Assembly: GCA_046154225.1 (NCBI GenBank) | Contig: JBJXEM010000004.1 | Span: forward strand, 102-64,101 | Length of the DNA stretch: 64,000 bases | Source: Rickettsiales bacterium | Lineage (GTDB): Bacteria; Pseudomonadota; Alphaproteobacteria; Rickettsiales; UBA3002 | Reading direction: 5' to 3' | Part shown: positions 54,457 through 64,000 of the stretch, piece by piece | Layout: each line of letters starts with the position of its first letter | How positions within the stretch are numbered: the first letter of the stretch is position 1 | Made by a program: the position numbers and the translations under genes | Notes under the pieces: generated by a model | The model's input: only the letters and a program-made list of their open reading frames with translations | What the model was told of the DNA's origin: nothing | Database searches by the model: none

Positions 54457-56644
54457 CGAATTCTCCCAGGTTTTTAAATCCGACCGTCACGGTATACGCG
54501 GTGCTAGGCTGCAAATCGCGGTCGATGGAGAAGATGCGGGAAGTATCGAACATCAGGTTGAAACACTCATTTTTATAGATAATGCCGCCGCGGGCATAGG
54601 TCATCCGGTTAAGCACGAAATCGCGACGTGCGCCCCCATAGATACTCCAGCTATCCGAGAACGGCAGCACGCCATTGATAACCCCCTCTTCGCTATTGGT
54701 CAAATAGCGGTTATTGTCCAGTGAGCGATAGGCAATGTCGAGCACATAACCACCTGTATTGGCGTACGTCGCCCCCAGTTCGGTGCGGTTGAGGTTGAGG
54801 TTGCGATTGTCGAGCGCAAAGCGGTACGTCAAGGTGAGTGGCGCCACGCGATACGCCAAGCGTCCGATGTAATCCGAGAAATTGCCGCCGGGGGTTGTGG
54901 AATTTGGAAACGGCGTGTTGCCCGTGAAGTTATAATTCTGGCCGAACAACAGATCGATGGAACTGCTGTCGGCAAATAAATACTGGCTGCGCAGGCCGTA
55001 GGCCACTCGGCTGCCGCTATCGACCTGGTCGAGCCCGGGTTGGCGCTCAAGGCTGAACAGGTTGCTGTCGGTGAGTTCGATCAGTCGGTTGTCTTCGTTG
55101 GAGATGGTTTGCGGGTTATTGCCGTTGGTTTGGCCAACGACGAGGGCCATGGGCTCCACCGTCCATGCATCGGTGCCCAGCTGATTGATCAGCGGGTAGC
55201 GCCACTCCAGCGCCAGTTGCGGCAGCGCACGATACGTATCGCCGCTGAAATTGCGCGTTCCGTTATCGATCAGAATATCTTCGGTGTGGTAAATATCCTG
55301 GCGCAGGTTGGCCGTGGCGGTGACGACCACGCCGCTCTCGTCGACATACGGAATACTGGCACCGAAGCTGCCCGAGAAGCGCTGCTGGTTCACGCCCTGA
55401 TCGCGCGTGAGCGACTGGGCATCGGCGCTCGCATGGAAGCGCAGGCCGGAATCTAGCGGGTCGGTCTCGTAATAGCCGCGCAGCGATGGCAGTACTAGCG
55501 GCGTGGTGGCGGGGTCGTCGGTGAGACGCAGGCCCTGAATCGCGAGCGCCTGCACAAGCGCAAAATTGCGGTTTTGTGCCGCTTCGAAATAGGCGCGGCT
55601 GAATAACGCTTGCTGGTCGCCAAAGCGATAGCGTCGCAGGTAGGTATCGTCGGTCGAGCGCTGGATTTTGAAACCGATGCGACTATAATCGGTAAGATTC
55701 TCCACTCCGTCGGCGAACACATGCCCGCGGAAATCGTTGCCCGAAATCCGGTTGCCATTCGCGTCGAGCTGGGTAGGGTCCGTGCCCGAACCTCTGAAAT
55801 GGTACTCACCGCTATCGGTGAACTGGCGGTAATCAAGCTCGAGCAGCGGCCCCAAATTATTGCCCACATACCAAGGCGTAATGCGTAAATCTTTGTCGGG
55901 GGCAATGCGCCAGTAGTAGGGCACTTTCACCAACGTCCCTAGGTTGCCGTCATTGCTGTATTGGGGCGTCAGGAAGCCGCTTTTTGCCACCGTGTCGGAA
56001 AGGGGATGAACGAGGAACGGCGTATAGGCGACCGGCACGCCCAGGATGTCGAGGGTTGCATTATCGTAGCTGACTTCGTTATCGATCGTATTGAGCGTGA
56101 TGCTATCGGCGTTGAGCTGCCAGAAGGGATGCGTGTATTGACACAACGAGCAAGGCGTATACGACGCATCGTCGAGCTTGGTGACTGCCGCATTCAGTCG
56201 TCTGCCTTGCGAACTGACCAGCACCGAATTATCGGCCAGGCGGATTTTCAGGGCTTCCGCCGTACCGCGCTTGAACGATTGCTGCAGCGTAATGGTGTCG
56301 GCGAAATACACGTCGCCGCTGGGCTCGAGAATGCTCACATTGCCCTCGGCCACGACCAGGTCGCTTTTCTGGTAATAGGTGAGCTGGTCGGCGGTTAGAA
56401 TCGTCGCCGATTGCAGCAGTTGCACATGGCCGCGCGCCACCACAATGGCATGGTCCTGGTCGTAGCCCACTTCGTCGGCTTCGAGGGTTACCGGGTCGTC
56501 GGACGAGCGCTTCACTTCGCGGCCCACCACCGCACCGGGGTCGTCGAGATAGAGGCCCGGGCGATTTTTTTGCAGCGCCGCTGCCTGCAGCCCCACGAGT
56601 GGGCACAGACACGCGCATGCAAGAATAAAAAACCGCGTGCGCAT
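54446..56644 (-). CDS. lptD: LPS assembly outer-membrane protein LptD
   Basis: The 732-aa protein has a signal peptide, an OstA-like N-domain and a large beta-barrel. It is syntenic with surA. Confidence 0.9.
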   Translation of the reverse strand: MRTRFFILACACLCPLVGLQAAALQKNRPGLYLDDPGAVVGREVKRSSDDPVTLEADEVGYDQDHAIVVARGHVQLLQSATILTADQLTYYQKSDLVVAEGNVSILEPSGDVYFADTITLQQSFKRGTAEALKIRLADNSVLVSSQGRRLNAAVTKLDDASYTPCSLCQYTHPFWQLNADSITLNTIDNEVSYDNATLDILGVPVAYTPFLVHPLSDTVAKSGFLTPQYSNDGNLGTLVKVPYYWRIAPDKDLRITPWYVGNNLGPLLELDYRQFTDSGEYHFRGSGTDPTQLDANGNRISGNDFRGHVFADGVENLTDYSRIGFKIQRSTDDTYLRRYRFGDQQALFSRAYFEAAQNRNFALVQALAIQGLRLTDDPATTPLVLPSLRGYYETDPLDSGLRFHASADAQSLTRDQGVNQQRFSGSFGASIPYVDESGVVVTATANLRQDIYHTEDILIDNGTRNFSGDTYRALPQLALEWRYPLINQLGTDAWTVEPMALVVGQTNGNNPQTISNEDNRLIELTDSNLFSLERQPGLDQVDSGSRVAYGLRSQYLFADSSSIDLLFGQNYNFTGNTPFPNSTTPGGNFSDYIGRLAYRVAPLTLTYRFALDNRNLNLNRTELGATYANTGGYVLDIAYRSLDNNRYLTNSEEGVINGVLPFSDSWSIYGGARRDFVLNRMTYARGGIIYKNECFNLMFDTSRIFSIDRDLQPSTAYTVTVGFKNLGEFGGR

Positions 56645-57768
56645 TAGCCATCTTCCAAATGCAACAGGGCGGCGGCCGCGAACATCGTCACCACCAGCGA
56701 GGGAGCCCAGGCAGCAAGCACTACCGGCAGGCTGCCCGACGCACCTAGCGTGTAAATCACGTTCGCGGCGAAATAGAAGAGGTAACCCGCCACCATGCCC
56801 ACCACCACGATCGCACCCGTGCGACCGCGACGCGCGCTGCGCATCGAGAACACCGCCGAAAGCATGAGCATACCCGCCAACAGCACCGGCAGGGCCATCA
56901 GGCTGTGGAAATGCAACTTGTGCTGCAGTGCCGAGAACCCCGCTTTTTCGAGCACCTCGATAAAGGCAGGCAATTGCCAGAACGAAAACGTCTCCGGTGC
57001 CGAGAAACTGTCTTGAATCTGGCTAAGCGTGAGCTGCGTTGTCATCACGTATTCCGGCACCGATTGTGGCACCATTTCGGGTGCCGACAATACTGCGTTA
57101 TGCACTGTCCAGCGGCCGGTGGAGAGATTGGCGGTCGGCGCATCGATGCGCACGAGAAAACGGTGATTCGCATCGAACAGGAAAATAATCACCTGGTCGA
57201 GCTCAAGGCTTGACTGGTCCATGCGCATGGCGTGCAGGATGTATTCCGGCGCGTTCGTGCCATGAAAGCTGATGCCTTTTTCACCCACCTGCCGCAACCA
57301 CAGGCCCGAGGGTGAAATCGACAGCAGGCTTGCCTTGCCGGTGATGTATTTGCCCTCGACCTTGTCATATTGCGACACCATGCTGGCCGCGATGGGGTTG
57401 ATGATCGTGACGATGACCACGCCGATTGCGAGGGCCATCACGATACCCGGCATCAGGAACTGCCACACCGACACCCCGGCGGCGCGCATGATCACCAGCT
57501 CGCTGTTGCGGGTGAGTTTGGTCAGCGCCACCATGCCGCCAATCAGGAACGCGAACGGATAAATTTTTTCCGCGTCGGTGGGCAGCTTCAGCAGCGCCAG
57601 TTCAATCACCACGTAAAACGGCACGCCTTTGGCCACCGACGACGCACGCCGAATCAGCTCCAGTAAATCAACGAGTCCTAAAATAAGCAGCATGACAAGC
57701 CCGCTGATCAGCACCGCGAACAAAAACTGGCGGCCGATGTAAAGCGACAGAATGAGCGGCAGGCGCAT
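56644..57768 (-). CDS. lptG: LPS export ABC transporter permease LptG
   Basis: It belongs to the YjgP/YjgQ family (LSLYIGRQF...). The start is at MRLPLIL. Its start shares one nucleotide with the lptF stop. Confidence 0.88.
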   Translation of the reverse strand: MRLPLILSLYIGRQFLFAVLISGLVMLLILGLVDLLELIRRASSVAKGVPFYVVIELALLKLPTDAEKIYPFAFLIGGMVALTKLTRNSELVIMRAAGVSVWQFLMPGIVMALAIGVVIVTIINPIAASMVSQYDKVEGKYITGKASLLSISPSGLWLRQVGEKGISFHGTNAPEYILHAMRMDQSSLELDQVIIFLFDANHRFLVRIDAPTANLSTGRWTVHNAVLSAPEMVPQSVPEYVMTTQLTLSQIQDSFSAPETFSFWQLPAFIEVLEKAGFSALQHKLHFHSLMALPVLLAGMLMLSAVFSMRSARRGRTGAIVVVGMVAGYLFYFAANVIYTLGASGSLPVVLAAWAPSLVVTMFAAAALLHLEDG

Positions 57769-58871
57769 CAGGCAGCCCCCTTCATCCGTAAAGGTCGCCG
57801 CGCTATCAAGCGACGGCCATGCAACACCAAAAAGGCCGCCGCAAGCGGCCCCAGCACCGCCAAATAAATCAGCGGCGTGAGCCACGCAAATTTCATGCTC
57901 AGGTTGCGCAAGCCGAAATAAACCATCACCAGCAGCGCCATGCCGATGCCGGCACTCGTGATGCGCCGCCATTGCCCACGGCGATTAAACTCACTCGAGA
58001 ATAAAATGGAAAGCGCCGCCAGCGGCAAAGCGAGGCAGAATAACGGCCAGCTCAGGCGCTGGTGCCCCTCAGCCCGGAAGGCCGCACGTTGCTTGGGCGT
58101 GCCGGATTCGGGGTGGAATAATTGCGGCAGCGTCATTTCATCGGGGTCGGGCGTACGCGGGGCGTCCTGCCCGTAGAACGCGATGTCGATGGCGTAATCG
58201 TCGAACGCCAGCCAGCTGACGCGGCCTTTCTCAAGCGTCTGACGCACGCCTTGCTGCAGGTAAAAGCGTGGGCCCGATGCGGTTTGTTCCACCCGGCCGC
58301 GATCGGCCATCATGGTGATGGTCTGTTTTTCGTCGCGGCTGTCATGCAGCAAAATGCCTGACAAATTATTGCGGTCGTCGCGCTCGCGAATGAACACTGT
58401 CATGCCGTCCACGGGATTGTTGAACACCTGTTCTTCAAGCAGCACCGACGCATATTTGTCGCGAAAAAAGCTACGAATATCGCGGAATTTATGGTTGGCC
58501 AGCGGCATCAGGTACAGCGCCAGCAGGTAGCACACCAGCGTGCAGGCCACCCCCATCACCAGCGCCGGCCGCGCCAGTTGCCAACGGCTCACGCCGACGG
58601 CCGACAGCACCACCAGTTCGCTCTCCAGCGTGAGTTTGTTGTAGCTGAACAGCACCGCAATCGTGAGGCTGATGGGAATGAGGATGAGCAGCATGCTGGG
58701 GAGCAGCAGGCCGGTGAGGTACAAAAAGTCGCCAAGCCCAAGGCCGCGATTGAGCACGAAATCGAGAAAGCGCAACGCTTGCGTCAACCACACAATGCCG
58801 GTCAGGCTCGCGGTCACCAATACGGTAGGCCACAGCAAATTGGTCAGCAGGTAGCGTTCGTATTGGCGCAT
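57768..58871 (-). CDS. lptF: LPS export ABC transporter permease LptF
   Basis: It belongs to the YjgP/YjgQ family (MRQYERYLLTNLLWP...). Confidence 0.88.
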   Translation of the reverse strand: MRQYERYLLTNLLWPTVLVTASLTGIVWLTQALRFLDFVLNRGLGLGDFLYLTGLLLPSMLLILIPISLTIAVLFSYNKLTLESELVVLSAVGVSRWQLARPALVMGVACTLVCYLLALYLMPLANHKFRDIRSFFRDKYASVLLEEQVFNNPVDGMTVFIRERDDRNNLSGILLHDSRDEKQTITMMADRGRVEQTASGPRFYLQQGVRQTLEKGRVSWLAFDDYAIDIAFYGQDAPRTPDPDEMTLPQLFHPESGTPKQRAAFRAEGHQRLSWPLFCLALPLAALSILFSSEFNRRGQWRRITSAGIGMALLVMVYFGLRNLSMKFAWLTPLIYLAVLGPLAAAFLVLHGRRLIARRPLRMKGAA

Positions 58872-59038
58872 GGGCCCGTTATATGCTCGCGCGCGCGAGG
58901 GCGCAACATTCGGCGGCGGCCTACCCCCAAGCAAACGCCGCATTTTGCCGTGGGCGTGAATCTTGCCACACGCCGCCACTTGTGCCACCGTGTGGCGCCC
59001 GCTATATCCCATGCATCCACCCACGCGATGAGGTCTCC

Positions 59039-60526
59039 ATGATTACCGTCAGCTTTACCCCTGCCACCACCGCCAAAGCCGGAAGCGGCGTTGCCCTTTT
59101 GGTCGGCGACGACCTCACGTTCGACAAAGCCGCACTCGGTGGCGCGAGCGCCTACGTGACGCAAGCCATCGCCGCCGCGCATTTCACCGGCAAAAAAGGC
59201 GCGACGCTTAACCTCATTTACCCCGGAAAAACGGCGCAGCATTTGTTCGTCATCGGCACGGGCCCTGCGAAAAACTTCACATCACTCATCGCCGAAGAAA
59301 GCGGTGCGCTGGCGGTTGCTGCAGCCTTTGCAGCAAAAGTGACGCATCTCGACATCGTCGCCCACGCCGGAAAAGCCAAGCTGGATGGGGCAGAACTGGC
59401 CGCCCATCTGGGTTATGGCGCACGCCTGCGCGCCTACCGTTTCGACAAATACCGCACCAAAGAAAAAGCCGAAGACAAACCGAAATTGAAAAGCGTGTCA
59501 GTCATCAGCCGCGCCGCCGATAAAGCAAAAAAACTGTTCACGCCGCTTTTGGGCATCGCCGATTCGGTGCATTTCAGCCGTGATCTGGTGAGCGAACCGG
59601 CAAACATCATCTACCCTGAAACCCTTGCCGCCGAGTGCAAAAAACTCGCCAAGCTCGGGGTGAAAGTCGAAGTGCTGGGCGAAGCGGCGATGAAAAAACT
59701 TGGGCTAGGGGCGCTGCTCGGCGTCGGCCAAGGAAGCGTCCGCGAAAGCCAACTCGTGGTGATGCAATGGTACGGCGGCAAAGCCGGGCAAAAACCCGTG
59801 GCACTCGTAGGCAAAGGCGTCACGTTCGACACGGGCGGCATCAGCATCAAACCCGCAAACGGCATGGAGGAAATGAAGTGGGACATGGGGGGTTCGGCCG
59901 CTGTCATCGGCACCATGCGCGCACTCGCCGCGCGTAACGCAAAAGTGAATGTGGTCGGCATCGTCGGCCTCGTGGAAAACATGCCCGACGGCAACGCACA
60001 ACGCCCGGGCGATGTGGTGAAATCCATGTCCGGCCAAACCATCGAAGTCATCAATACCGATGCGGAAGGCCGCCTCGTGCTGGCCGATGCATTGTGGTAC
60101 TGCCAAGACCGTTTCAAGCCGCAATGCATGGTCGATCTCGCCACGCTGACCGGCGCGATTATTGTCTCGCTCGGTTCGCACCGCGCAGGCCTGTTCAGCA
60201 ATAGCGACGCGATGGCCAAAGCGCTCGACGACGCGGGCGAACGTACGGGTGAACGCTTATGGCGCATGCCACTCGGGCCCGAGTACGACAAAATGATCAA
60301 TTGCGACATCGCCGACATGCAGAATGTGGGCGAAGGCCGCGAAGCAGGCTCAACGACCGCCGCACAATTCCTGCAGCGTTTCGTGAACGACACCCCGTGG
60401 GTGCATCTCGACATCGCAGGCGTAGCGTGGGCCAACAAACCGCATTCGCCACTCTACCCCAAGGGAGCGGTAGGCTGGGGCGTGCGGTTGCTGAATGATT
60501 GGATTAAAACTAACTATGAAAAATAG
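59039..60526 (+). CDS. pepA: leucyl aminopeptidase (M17)
   Basis: The sequence contains VGKGVTFDTGGISIKP and NTDAEGRLVLADAL. It is divergent from lptFG, as in many proteobacteria. Confidence 0.93.
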   Translation: MITVSFTPATTAKAGSGVALLVGDDLTFDKAALGGASAYVTQAIAAAHFTGKKGATLNLIYPGKTAQHLFVIGTGPAKNFTSLIAEESGALAVAAAFAAKVTHLDIVAHAGKAKLDGAELAAHLGYGARLRAYRFDKYRTKEKAEDKPKLKSVSVISRAADKAKKLFTPLLGIADSVHFSRDLVSEPANIIYPETLAAECKKLAKLGVKVEVLGEAAMKKLGLGALLGVGQGSVRESQLVVMQWYGGKAGQKPVALVGKGVTFDTGGISIKPANGMEEMKWDMGGSAAVIGTMRALAARNAKVNVVGIVGLVENMPDGNAQRPGDVVKSMSGQTIEVINTDAEGRLVLADALWYCQDRFKPQCMVDLATLTGAIIVSLGSHRAGLFSNSDAMAKALDDAGERTGERLWRMPLGPEYDKMINCDIADMQNVGEGREAGSTTAAQFLQRFVNDTPWVHLDIAGVAWANKPHSPLYPKGAVGWGVRLLNDWIKTNYEK

Positions 60527-60587
60527 CCGACAGCCGACAGCCGACAGCCTAGAGCTGTTAGCTGTTAGCTGTCAGCTCTAGGCTGAC
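60524..60587. repeat. inverted heptanucleotide arrays (H9, unit AGCCGAC / GCTGTTA)
   Basis: AGCCGAC x3 and AGCCTAG, then GCTGTTA GCTGTTA GCTGTCA. There is a perfect 13-bp stem, CAGCCTAGAGCTG (60544-56) with CAGCTCTAGGCTG (60573-85). The array overlaps the pepA stop and abuts the holC ATG. Confidence 0.85.
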
Positions 60588-61046
60588 ATGACCACGATCC
60601 AATTCTACCACTTGCTCTCCACCACGCCGGAACGGGCGGTGCCGAAATTAATGGAAAAGGCGCTGGCCGGGAATCACCGCGTAGTCATGCTGCTGCGCGA
60701 CGCCGAGGCGCTCAAACGCATGAGCGATACGTTGTGGAGTGCCGACGCATCGAGCTTTTTACCCCATGGTAGCTCCAAAGAAGGTCGCGCAGCCGACCAG
60801 CCGATTTATCTCACCACGGCGGATGAAAATCCCAACCACGCCGACCTGCTATGCATCCTGAACGCCAGCGCACCCGCGGGTCTTGTCGAGTATGCGCGGG
60901 TGCTCGACATGTTCGATGGCAGCAACGAGTCCGAAGTGGCCCTCGCCCGCGAACGCTGGAGCGCGCACAAAGCAGCGGGCCACACGCTGCAATACATCAA
61001 GCAACAACCCGGCGGCGGCTGGAAAATCGAGGCCGAAGCGGCTTAG
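60588..61046 (+). CDS. holC: DNA polymerase III subunit chi
   Basis: It starts MTTIQFYHL. Its size and its position after pepA are the classic pepA-holC pair. Confidence 0.82.
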   Translation: MTTIQFYHLLSTTPERAVPKLMEKALAGNHRVVMLLRDAEALKRMSDTLWSADASSFLPHGSSKEGRAADQPIYLTTADENPNHADLLCILNASAPAGLVEYARVLDMFDGSNESEVALARERWSAHKAAGHTLQYIKQQPGGGWKIEAEAA

Positions 61047-61063
61047 TTTTTAAATGCTCCGCA

Positions 61064-61139
61064 CATCGGCATACTGCCTAGTGCTTCGCGCCGCTTCGCG
61101 GGCTCATGGCTGGCTCGGCCTGCTTGCCTCGCATATCAC
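61064..61139. repeat. GC-rich dispersed repeat (family R3, copy b)
   Basis: GGCTCATGGCTGGCT (61101-15) is identical to 6529-6543, and the following ~24 nt are similar. Confidence 0.55.
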
Positions 61140-61147
61140 TGCATTCT

Positions 61148-61792
61148 TCACTTCAACCGCGCCACTGTCAGCCCCTCAGGCGTCGGCAATAACACGCTTT
61201 CAAACCGCTCGGCGTTCGCGAGTGCAGCATTAAATTGCTGCATGGATTGCTGCGCAGCATTTTTGGGTTCCTGCATGGTCGCGAGCTCACCGAACAGCAG
61301 CGTGTTATCGCCGATGATCCAACCGCGTGGAGTGAGCAACGGCAGCGCCGCATCAAGATAGCGTGCGTAGCCCGCCTTCTCGGCGTCGATAAACACCATG
61401 TCGAACTGCGGAGTTTGTGGCTGTGCGGCGAGCCACGCATGGGCATCGGTATGGTGCACGGTGATACGCGCTGCATGTGGTGATTGCGCGAAATGCTGCT
61501 GCGCTTGTGCGGCATGGTCGGCCGCGAACTCAAGCGCTGTGATGTGCCCGCTCTCGGTTAAGCCGTCAGCCATCCACAAAGTCGAGCAACCCATGAACGT
61601 GCCGATTTCCAGAATGCGCCGTGCGCCACTGACACTCACTAGCCAGCGCAATAAATGCCCTTCATACGGCGACACCTGCATGCCCGGGTGGCGGCGTTCG
61701 CCTTCGGCGCGGGCGCTTGAAAGCCAGTCCGGTTCGCGCACAAAAGTGCGTTGGATATAGTCGAGTGTGGGGCCTGCGGCGCGGCTTTGCAT
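61148..61792 (-). CDS. class I SAM-dependent O-methyltransferase (family 3, caffeoyl-CoA OMT-like)
   Basis: The sequence contains ILEIGTFMGCSTLWMA and FDMVFIDAEK.GY..Y. Confidence 0.8.
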   Translation of the reverse strand: MQSRAAGPTLDYIQRTFVREPDWLSSARAEGERRHPGMQVSPYEGHLLRWLVSVSGARRILEIGTFMGCSTLWMADGLTESGHITALEFAADHAAQAQQHFAQSPHAARITVHHTDAHAWLAAQPQTPQFDMVFIDAEKAGYARYLDAALPLLTPRGWIIGDNTLLFGELATMQEPKNAAQQSMQQFNAALANAERFESVLLPTPEGLTVARLK

Positions 61793-62505
61793 CAGAATAG
61801 CTCCAGTTGGCTGGGCTGCGTGAGGCGCAGCATGGGCCCGTTTTCCTCGAACAATACTCCGCGTGCCCGTACATGGCTGCCTTCTTTCAAGCCCTCAAGC
61901 GCCGTAATCGCCCGACGGCTGCGGCCCACAATGCTGATGGAAAAATCGGTTTTCCAGTCGTCCCCGAAATTCACGTAGGTGGCGTTGCGCGCGCGGTAGA
62001 TGCGGCGCACGGTGCCTTCAACGACATGAAATTCCTGAAGATGCTGCGCGGTCTGTTCAGGTGTCAGCACAAAGTCCGGGTTCGCCCATACGCCGCGTTT
62101 GGCCGCGCGGGCCTGCGCTTCAGCGTTTAGTAGCGCGGCTTGCATGGGGCCTTCGCCGTAAGCCACGGCCACGCCGTCACGCAACAATGCAGCTTCGATG
62201 TCGGCAGTAATTAGCGTGCGACCATAACGGTCGGTGCCACGTGGAGTGAAAGTAAGTGTTTGCTGCAATAGGTGCGCAGCGAGCCAGTTTTGGGCGAGTT
62301 CGGCGTCGGAGAAATAGCTGCGGGCCAGCACGGCTTGACCGGTTTGCGTGAGCGTGATTGTCTGGTCGGCGGCGATGGCCACGACTTGCTCTTGCCCCAA
62401 TTCGGCGGGGGCGGCTGTGACGGCGGGCGCACAAAAAATAAGCAAAAGCGCCGCGAATCGGCGGAGAATACGAAAACCGTTGCAGCGGCGCGTGAATCTG
62501 TTCAT
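61792..62505 (-). CDS. thermonuclease (SNase-like) family protein
   Basis: It has a signal peptide and the pattern DRYGRTL...LLRDGVAVAY. Confidence 0.65.
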   Translation of the reverse strand: MNRFTRRCNGFRILRRFAALLLIFCAPAVTAAPAELGQEQVVAIAADQTITLTQTGQAVLARSYFSDAELAQNWLAAHLLQQTLTFTPRGTDRYGRTLITADIEAALLRDGVAVAYGEGPMQAALLNAEAQARAAKRGVWANPDFVLTPEQTAQHLQEFHVVEGTVRRIYRARNATYVNFGDDWKTDFSISIVGRSRRAITALEGLKEGSHVRARGVLFEENGPMLRLTQPSQLELF

Positions 62506-62541
62506 ATGGCGCTAATGAATCAAATTTTTGAAGGACACGCC

Positions 62542-63021
62542 ATGCGTATTTTCGCCGCCGCCGCTGCCGCCACACTTGCCCTCAGCACGCCAGCCTTTGC
62601 GGGCGATCTTGCGGTGTATGGCGGCCAGTTCTCGATTTTCGACAATTCCGGGCAGGACGGCACCGAAATGTTCGGCCTCGAATATCGCGTGAAAGACCAG
62701 TTCAACGGCCTGCGCCCTACGGTGGGTGGGTTTTATACCACTAACGGCGGCTACTTTGCCTATGCCGGCGCCTACTGGGATTTACCGCTGAACACCGCGC
62801 CGTTTGTCATCACCCCCGGCTTCGCGGCGGGCTATTACAGCCGTGGCGGCGGTAAGGAACTGGGCTATGACCTCGAGTTCCGCTCGACGTTTGAGGTGAG
62901 CTACCAGTTCGATAACGGTCAGCGTTTGGGTGCGCAAATCAGCCATCTCAGCAACGCCAGCCTCGGCACCGACAATCCCGGCGTGGAGACCATTCAGGCC
63001 GTGTACAGCCACCCGTTCTAG
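62542..63021 (+). CDS. acyloxyacyl hydrolase / lipid A 3-O-deacylase (PagL-like) outer-membrane protein
   Basis: It has the signal peptide MRIFAAAAAATLALSTPAFA, a small beta-barrel pattern, the HLSNA catalytic-type motif and a C-terminal F. Confidence 0.7.
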   Translation: MRIFAAAAAATLALSTPAFAGDLAVYGGQFSIFDNSGQDGTEMFGLEYRVKDQFNGLRPTVGGFYTTNGGYFAYAGAYWDLPLNTAPFVITPGFAAGYYSRGGGKELGYDLEFRSTFEVSYQFDNGQRLGAQISHLSNASLGTDNPGVETIQAVYSHPF

Positions 63022-63024
63022 TCG

Positions 63025-64000
63025 TTACTTCCCGAGCACTTCATACGCCGGAAGCGTCAGGAATTCGCTGTAGTTCGGATCGAGGGTGAGTTGCATCAGC
63101 AGCGTTTCAGCTTGAGTGTACGGCGTGGCCGCAAAGGTTTCATGGCCCACGGAGTCGCGGATTTTGTGCATTTCCTCGGCGCTTAGTTTCGCTAATAACG
63201 GCGGATCAATAAGACGCCCATCATCCAGCTTCGCGTTGTGATGCAGCCATTGCCATAATTGCGAGCGCGAGATTTCAGCGGTCGCCGCGTCTTCCATCAG
63301 GTTGAACAGCGGTACGCAACCAAGGCCATTCAGCCATTGCGCGGTGTATTGAATCGCCACGCTGATATTGTTGCGCAAACCCGCTTCGGTGATGCTGCCG
63401 GTGGGTAGGCTCACCAATTCCGCCGCGCTCACCCGCACATCTTCGCGCTTATTGTCACGCTGGTTGGGCGTGGGCATCAGCCGGTCGAACACTTCCATCG
63501 CAACAGGAATGAGGCCTGGATGCGCCACCCATGTGCCGTCATGGCCGTTGCCGGCTTCGCGTTCCTTGTCGGCGCGTACGCTAGCGAAGGCTTTGTCGTT
63601 CGCAGCCGCGTCGTTTTTTACTGGAATGAACGCCGACATGCCGCCCATCGCGAACGCATTGCGCTTATGGCAGGTTTGGATGAGTAGTTGCGAATACGCG
63701 CTAAGAAACGGTGTCGCCATGGTAATCTGCGAACGGTCGGGCAACATGCAGTCAGGTCGCGCATGAAATTTCTTGATGACCGAGAAAATATAATCCCAGC
63801 GGCCGCAATTTAAGCCCACCGCGTAATCCTTCAGCGCGTGCAGAATTTCATGCATTTCAAACGTCGCGGTAATCACTTCGATCAGCACGGTCGCCTTGAT
63901 ACTACCATGCGCGATGCCCAAATATTCTTCGCTGAAGGCAAACACATCGGCCCAGAGTTGCGCTTCCTGGTGGCTTTCGGTTTTGGGTAAATAGAAATAG
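63025..64000 (-). CDS. aceB: malate synthase A, C-terminal part (gene runs off the right edge)
   Basis: The sequence contains GLNCGRWDYIFS, GGMSAFIP, GHDGTWVAHPGL and FLTLPAYE. Confidence 0.85.
   Translation of the reverse strand, partial: YFYLPKTESHQEAQLWADVFAFSEEYLGIAHGSIKATVLIEVITATFEMHEILHALKDYAVGLNCGRWDYIFSVIKKFHARPDCMLPDRSQITMATPFLSAYSQLLIQTCHKRNAFAMGGMSAFIPVKNDAAANDKAFASVRADKEREAGNGHDGTWVAHPGLIPVAMEVFDRLMPTPNQRDNKREDVRVSAAELVSLPTGSITEAGLRNNISVAIQYTAQWLNGLGCVPLFNLMEDAATAEISRSQLWQWLHHNAKLDDGRLIDPPLLAKLSAEEMHKIRDSVGHETFAATPYTQAETLLMQLTLDPNYSEFLTLPAYEVLGK

Noticed and set aside
1-64000. I searched the intergenic spaces for tRNA, rRNA, tmRNA, RNase P RNA and 6S RNA genes.
   Set aside because: All spacers longer than 100 nt are accounted for by repeat elements, promoters or terminators. 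I could find no cloverleaf-compatible sequence with a T-loop GTTCRANNC motif by eye. A tRNAscan or Infernal run would be the formal check.

Overview
This is a 64-kb, high-GC chromosomal segment. Its gene content and order look alphaproteobacterial and Rhodospirillales-like: obgE-proB-proA-nadD-rsfS-rlmH, gpmI-envC-ctpA-yibQ-rppH, rpmH-rnpA-yidD-yidC-engB-argB, nrdR-ribD-ribE-ribBA-ribH-nusB-thiL, lptD-surA-rsmA and lptFG/pepA-holC. I call about 70 CDS, mostly housekeeping, and found no rRNA, tRNA or CRISPR. Product names come from motif and family recognition by eye, since no database search was possible. The unusual content lies in and between the genes. (1) There is a family of double-hairpin elements with GTCAT...ATGAC termini. 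Six copies carry no gene. Two copies carry a small GIY-YIG nuclease gene between the hairpins, and one of these is flanked by a 21-bp duplication of the argB 3' end. (2) Degenerate heptanucleotide tandem arrays, usually as inverted pairs, fill many intergenic spacers. They often overlap the upstream stop codon and abut a downstream ATG that lacks a Shine-Dalgarno sequence. One array lies in-frame inside ribD. Another lies between the ATG and the prepilin cleavage motif of a pilin-like gene, leaving that gene out of frame by exactly one 7-bp unit. (3) A prepilin peptidase and lipoprotein secretin cluster has an unusual Gly/Ala tract and uncharacterised partner genes. (4) There are a few low-GC orphan genes and a third dispersed GC-rich repeat.
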